DNA of 64,000 nucleotides from positions 155,530 through 219,529 of the forward strand of contig CASEYR010000001.1 of NCBI GenBank assembly GCA_949292205.1, read 5' to 3'. Shown piece after piece: positions 60,051 through 64,000 of the stretch (its first letter is position 1; every line of letters begins with the position of its first letter). The notes under the pieces are model-generated. The model was given only the letters and a program-made list of their open reading frames with translations. It was not told the DNA's origin and ran no database searches. The translations under genes and the position numbers were made by a program. The DNA is from an uncultured Alphaproteobacteria bacterium. GTDB lineage: Bacteria > Pseudomonadota > Alphaproteobacteria > CAAHEQ01 > UBA3637.

Positions 60051-60464
60051 ATGGCTTGGACCGAAGATAAAATCAAACAATTAAAAAAATTATGGGCTAA
60101 AGGCCGAAGTACTATAGAAATAGCAAAGGAATTAGGAATATCAAAAAACTCCGTTGTTGGAAAAGTACACCGTCTGGATTTAACTAATCGTCCCTCACCT
60201 ATAAAAAAGAAAACGGATAAATCACCTGTCATTAGGCATGCTCCGAAAGGGAAATGCACTTTGATGGATCTAAAATTGAATACATGTCATTGGCCTATAG
60301 GAGATCCGACAGACGCAGGCTTTCATTTTTGTGGAGAGCAAACCGTAACAGGCAAACCATATTGCTCGGAACATTGTAAAATTGCCTATACATCACTAAA
60401 GGAATTAACTGATCAAAATACAAAAAGTGCCGACTTAATCGCCGGTAATAATAATCAGGATTAA
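60051..60464 (+). CDS. gcrA: cell-cycle transcriptional regulator GcrA
   Basis: MAWTEDKIKQLKKLW...SKNSVVGKVHRL N-domain and C-terminal CHWPIGDP...FCG...GKPYC...H...AY. Confidence 0.8.
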   Translation: MAWTEDKIKQLKKLWAKGRSTIEIAKELGISKNSVVGKVHRLDLTNRPSPIKKKTDKSPVIRHAPKGKCTLMDLKLNTCHWPIGDPTDAGFHFCGEQTVTGKPYCSEHCKIAYTSLKELTDQNTKSADLIAGNNNQD

Positions 60465-63266
60465 ATGATGGTCAATCGCCCCACGATTTGTCTGATTGAT
60501 GGTTCGGGATATATTTTTAGAGCATTTTATGCGTTACCTCTTATGACGCGTCCAGATGGAGCGCCTGTCAATGCGGTGTATGGTTTCACAAGTATGCTGA
60601 TGAACCTTAGTCAAGATAATATATGTTCGCATATCGTGGTTGTATTCGATGCCAAACGACGTAACTTCAGAAATGAAATTTACTCTGCTTATAAAGAAAA
60701 CAGAAAGGAAACACCTCCGGATCTTGTCCCTCAATTTCCCTTAATCCGTCAAGCCTGTGAGGCTTTAAACATTCCTTGGATTGAGATGGAAGGTTATGAG
60801 GCCGATGATCTTATCGCAACGTATGCTCGTTTGGCAAATGAGAAAGGTTGGGAAGCTCGGGTTATTTCTGCGGATAAGGACTTAATGCAGCTTAAAAAAG
60901 AGCATATATCCGTCTATGATCCGATGAAAAAAAAGCTTATTACGAACGAAGATATTCTGCTAAAATTCGGTGTAACTGCCGATAAGGTTACGGATGTTCA
61001 ATCCTTGATGGGTGATGCCGTGGATAATATTCCGGGAGCAACCGGTATCGGCCCAAAAACAGCAGCTCAACTAATCAACCAATTTGGATCTTTAGATAAT
61101 TTGCTGGCTCATTTAGATGAGATTCCTCAGGAAAAAAGACGCGAAGGCTTAAAAAGAGATAAGGAACAAATTCTCATTTCAAGACAGTTGGTTGTTCTAA
61201 ATGATCATGTGCCTGTTCAGACAGAACCGGATGAGTTCTTTATTCGTGAGCCAAATATCACTGCCCTTTCTGAATTTTTAAGTGAAAATAATTTTAAAAG
61301 CTTATTGACTCGTGTCCAAAACTGGAGCGATAAAAGAACAAAAATTGTCGGAAATTGTCAGCTTGATATGTCTTTTGAAGAGAATCAAAATTATTCTACT
61401 CTTGAAAAAAAAGCCGATGTTATCAAACCTCAATATACTTTAATTCAAACAACAGCAGATTTAAAAAACTGGTTAACAAATATCAAGGACAAGGTTGCCA
61501 TTGATACAGAAACGACAAGTCTAGATGTGGCAGAGGCTCGATTGGTTGGCTTTTCCTTAGGGGTTGAAAACGGAAAAGCGTGTTATGTTCCATTACGTCA
61601 CGGAGATTTAAATGAGAATTTTTCAACCGATTTGTTTGATTTTCAAAATAAAAACAGACCAAAACAAATTGATGTGAAAGAGGCTCTTACTCTGTTAAAA
61701 CCCATTTTAGAAGATAAAAATATCCTTAAAATCGGACATAACATTAAATATGATATGCATATTTTGGCTTGCGAATACGGTAAAGAGTTTAAAATAGATC
61801 CTATTGATGACACTATGGTTATGAGTTCTGTTTTGGACGGAACAACCCATGGGCACGGAATGGATGAATTATCGGATTTATTTTTAAATCACACAACAAT
61901 TAAATATACCGACATCTGCGGAACAGGACGATCTAAAATCACTTTTAATGAAGTTCCTTTAGAGCAAGCCTGTACTTATGCTGCCGAAGATGCCGATATT
62001 ACGTTCAGACTGCACGCCTTGTTTTCCGAACGCCTTAAAAATGAAGACCCTCAACACATTTATGAAAATATTGACCGTCCCTTGATCTCAATCCTGTTTC
62101 GTATGGAGCGTGCCGGCATTTTGGTTGACAGACAACACCTATCTTCCCTTGGAATTTTATTTTCAAAAAAACTTTCTATGTTAACCCAGAAAATATATCA
62201 GCTCGCGGGAGAAGAGTTCAATATTAACTCTCCGGCGCAATTAGGTGTCATTCTCTTTGAAAAACAAGGTCTTGAGGGTGGAAAAAAAGGTGCTAACGGG
62301 GCTTGGACAACAGATGTAAAAGTGTTGGAAAATCTATCATTGTCCGGTTCGAAACTGGCTCGAACTGTTTTGGAATACCGCAGTTTTGCGAAACTTAAAA
62401 GTACTTATGTCGATTCTCTGCTGGATTTATCCTTAAAAGACCCTCGTATTCATACCTCATTTTCACTAACAGCCACTAATACCGGTCGTTTGACCTCTTC
62501 GGAACCAAACTTACAAAACATTCCTATTCGGACAGAAGATGGCAAGGAAATCCGCAGGTCTTTCATTTCTCGCCCTGGGTATCAGCTGATTGCGGCTGAT
62601 TATTCTCAAATTGAACTCCGCCTGATGGCCGAAGTTGCTAACGTTAAATTGTTAAAGGAGTCTTTTCTTGAAAACGAGGACATCCATGCCAGAACTGCCT
62701 CTCAAATATTTCATATTCCGTTAGATGAAATCGATTCAGATACTCGCCGACGTGCAAAAGCAATCAATTTTGGCATTATTTATGGCATCTCGGCTTTTGG
62801 TCTCTCTAATAATTTGGGAATTGAACGAAGTGAGGCAAAAAAATACATTGACTCTTATTTTGAACAGTACCCTGAAATACGGTCCTATATGCAACAAACG
62901 GAAGCGTTTGCTCTTGAACATAAGTATGTTCTGACCCCTTTCGGACGCAAGTGCTTTATTCAAGGGCTGGATAATGGAAAAACAAGGAGTTTTGCCTTGC
63001 GTTCTGCTATAAATGCTCCTATTCAGGGAGGGGCTGCCGATATTATAAAAAAAGCAATGATTGCCATTGATAATCGATTATCTTCGGCCGAATTAGATTG
63101 TACTTTGTTACTACAGGTTCATGATGAGCTCATTTTTGAAGTTCTTGAAAAAGATGTTGCAACAGCCTCTGCCCTTATCAAGGAAACGATGGAGAAAGTC
63201 GTCCCTTTATCCATTCCTTTGATTGCAGATATCGGGATAGGCAAAAATTGGAAAGAAGCTCATTAG
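60465..63266 (+). CDS. polA: DNA polymerase I
   Basis: 5'-3' exonuclease, 3'-5' exonuclease and family A polymerase domains (RRxAKAINFGIIYG, QVHDEL). Confidence 0.95.
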   Translation: MMVNRPTICLIDGSGYIFRAFYALPLMTRPDGAPVNAVYGFTSMLMNLSQDNICSHIVVVFDAKRRNFRNEIYSAYKENRKETPPDLVPQFPLIRQACEALNIPWIEMEGYEADDLIATYARLANEKGWEARVISADKDLMQLKKEHISVYDPMKKKLITNEDILLKFGVTADKVTDVQSLMGDAVDNIPGATGIGPKTAAQLINQFGSLDNLLAHLDEIPQEKRREGLKRDKEQILISRQLVVLNDHVPVQTEPDEFFIREPNITALSEFLSENNFKSLLTRVQNWSDKRTKIVGNCQLDMSFEENQNYSTLEKKADVIKPQYTLIQTTADLKNWLTNIKDKVAIDTETTSLDVAEARLVGFSLGVENGKACYVPLRHGDLNENFSTDLFDFQNKNRPKQIDVKEALTLLKPILEDKNILKIGHNIKYDMHILACEYGKEFKIDPIDDTMVMSSVLDGTTHGHGMDELSDLFLNHTTIKYTDICGTGRSKITFNEVPLEQACTYAAEDADITFRLHALFSERLKNEDPQHIYENIDRPLISILFRMERAGILVDRQHLSSLGILFSKKLSMLTQKIYQLAGEEFNINSPAQLGVILFEKQGLEGGKKGANGAWTTDVKVLENLSLSGSKLARTVLEYRSFAKLKSTYVDSLLDLSLKDPRIHTSFSLTATNTGRLTSSEPNLQNIPIRTEDGKEIRRSFISRPGYQLIAADYSQIELRLMAEVANVKLLKESFLENEDIHARTASQIFHIPLDEIDSDTRRRAKAINFGIIYGISAFGLSNNLGIERSEAKKYIDSYFEQYPEIRSYMQQTEAFALEHKYVLTPFGRKCFIQGLDNGKTRSFALRSAINAPIQGGAADIIKKAMIAIDNRLSSAELDCTLLLQVHDELIFEVLEKDVATASALIKETMEKVVPLSIPLIADIGIGKNWKEAH

Positions 63267-63275
63267 AACAAAAAA

Positions 63276-63298
63276 AACGCCGAAAAAATCGGCGCCTG
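63276..63298. terminator. bidirectional terminator between polA and hydrolase gene
   Basis: cgccga-aaaaa-tcggcg flanked by A-run and T-rich sequence. Confidence 0.5.
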
Positions 63299-63319
63299 AA
63301 GACAATACGATATATAACA

Positions 63320-63940
63320 TTAATAGTCATCATTCAGAATAATTGTCGTTGTCTTTTTAGATGTCTTTTGCGGTTGCGCCGTCTGAATATCCGGAACAAC
63401 GGAAACGATCGTATCATAAAGACTTTTTAGTTCATTTGTATATAAATGATCTGCCTTGGGTAACATACGATACACCACATTAACAAAACGATGAGTATCA
63501 AGTTGTTCAGCTAAAGCAGAAACACTATTTTCATCAACAATAACATCCTTTCCCCCTTGAACAATTAATCCGGAAGCCGGACAGGGTGATAAAAAAGAAA
63601 AATCATGTGTATTCGTCGGCGGAGTTACAAAAGTAAAACCTTTAATTTCAGGACGACGCATTAAAACTTGAGCCGCTATCCATGCTCCAAAAGAATAACC
63701 GGCAATCCAACACTGATTAGAATCCTGACCCATATTTTGAAGCCAATCCAAAGCTACAATTGCATCACTTAACTCTCCCGCACCGGTTCCATCAACCTCC
63801 CCTTGAGAATAACCGACACCACGAAAATTAAAACGAAGAACAGAAAAACCCATATTGACAAATGCTTGAAAAATAGTGTATGTCACACGATTATTCATTG
63901 TTCCACCTTGAATTGGATTAGGATGTAATACCAATACCAA
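63320..63940 (-). CDS. alpha/beta hydrolase (COG2945-like)
   Basis: HPNPIQGGTMNNRV ... LRFNFRGVGYSQG ... GYSFGAW (GxSxG). Confidence 0.7.
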   Translation of the reverse strand: MVLVLHPNPIQGGTMNNRVTYTIFQAFVNMGFSVLRFNFRGVGYSQGEVDGTGAGELSDAIVALDWLQNMGQDSNQCWIAGYSFGAWIAAQVLMRRPEIKGFTFVTPPTNTHDFSFLSPCPASGLIVQGGKDVIVDENSVSALAEQLDTHRFVNVVYRMLPKADHLYTNELKSLYDTIVSVVPDIQTAQPQKTSKKTTTIILNDDY

Positions 63941-64000
63941 AGGTGCTCGCGGATTTTCGGAGCGATGAAAGCGCCCCTCTAAACGACCTGAAACTCCATT

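Overview
Low-GC chromosome segment of an alphaproteobacterium (GcrA present), probably an intracellular-symbiont-like lineage. A housekeeping backbone (valS, accC/accB, tyrS, accD, aspS, der-bamB-yfgM, xerC-priA, xseB-ispA, nth, gcrA-polA) is interrupted by accessory material. Main observations: (1) 36.4-45.6 kb is an AT-rich accessory block bounded by tRNA-Leu and xerC. It holds a complete diversity-generating retroelement: avd (40312-40710), a 109-bp template repeat (TR, 40809-40917), a reverse transcriptase with the IGxxxSQ and YVDD motifs (40943-42310), and an inverted small secreted C-type-lectin-like target gene (42544-42924, minus strand) whose 3' end is the variable repeat (VR, 42538-42646). 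All 11 TR/VR differences fall on TR adenines. The block also has a decayed target fragment in frame after the RT stop, and a prepilin-like Cys-rich tandem-repeat protein overlapping the avd start. (2) 10137-17084 is a complete N-type ATPase operon (beta-epsilon-AtpQ-AtpR-a-c-b-alpha-gamma order). Its c subunit has a full Na+-ligand set and its b subunit is fused to a delta-like domain. (3) A ~150-nt structured intergenic repeat family is present in three copies, with compensatory stem substitutions. (4) A 1.2-kb islet sits at the tRNA-Thr 3' end, flanked by 20-bp direct repeats, and encodes an H-G-S-motif (ADP-ribosyltransferase-like) protein. (5) There is an [FeFe]-hydrogenase-like H-domain protein with diverged H-cluster motifs. 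(6) A Sec-signal Cys-rich micropeptide carries a possible +1 frameshift. (7) There are a MacAB-TolC-type efflux set, a GT2 plus large membrane glycosyltransferase-like pair, and an orphan VirB8-like gene. No CRISPR array or rRNA was seen.
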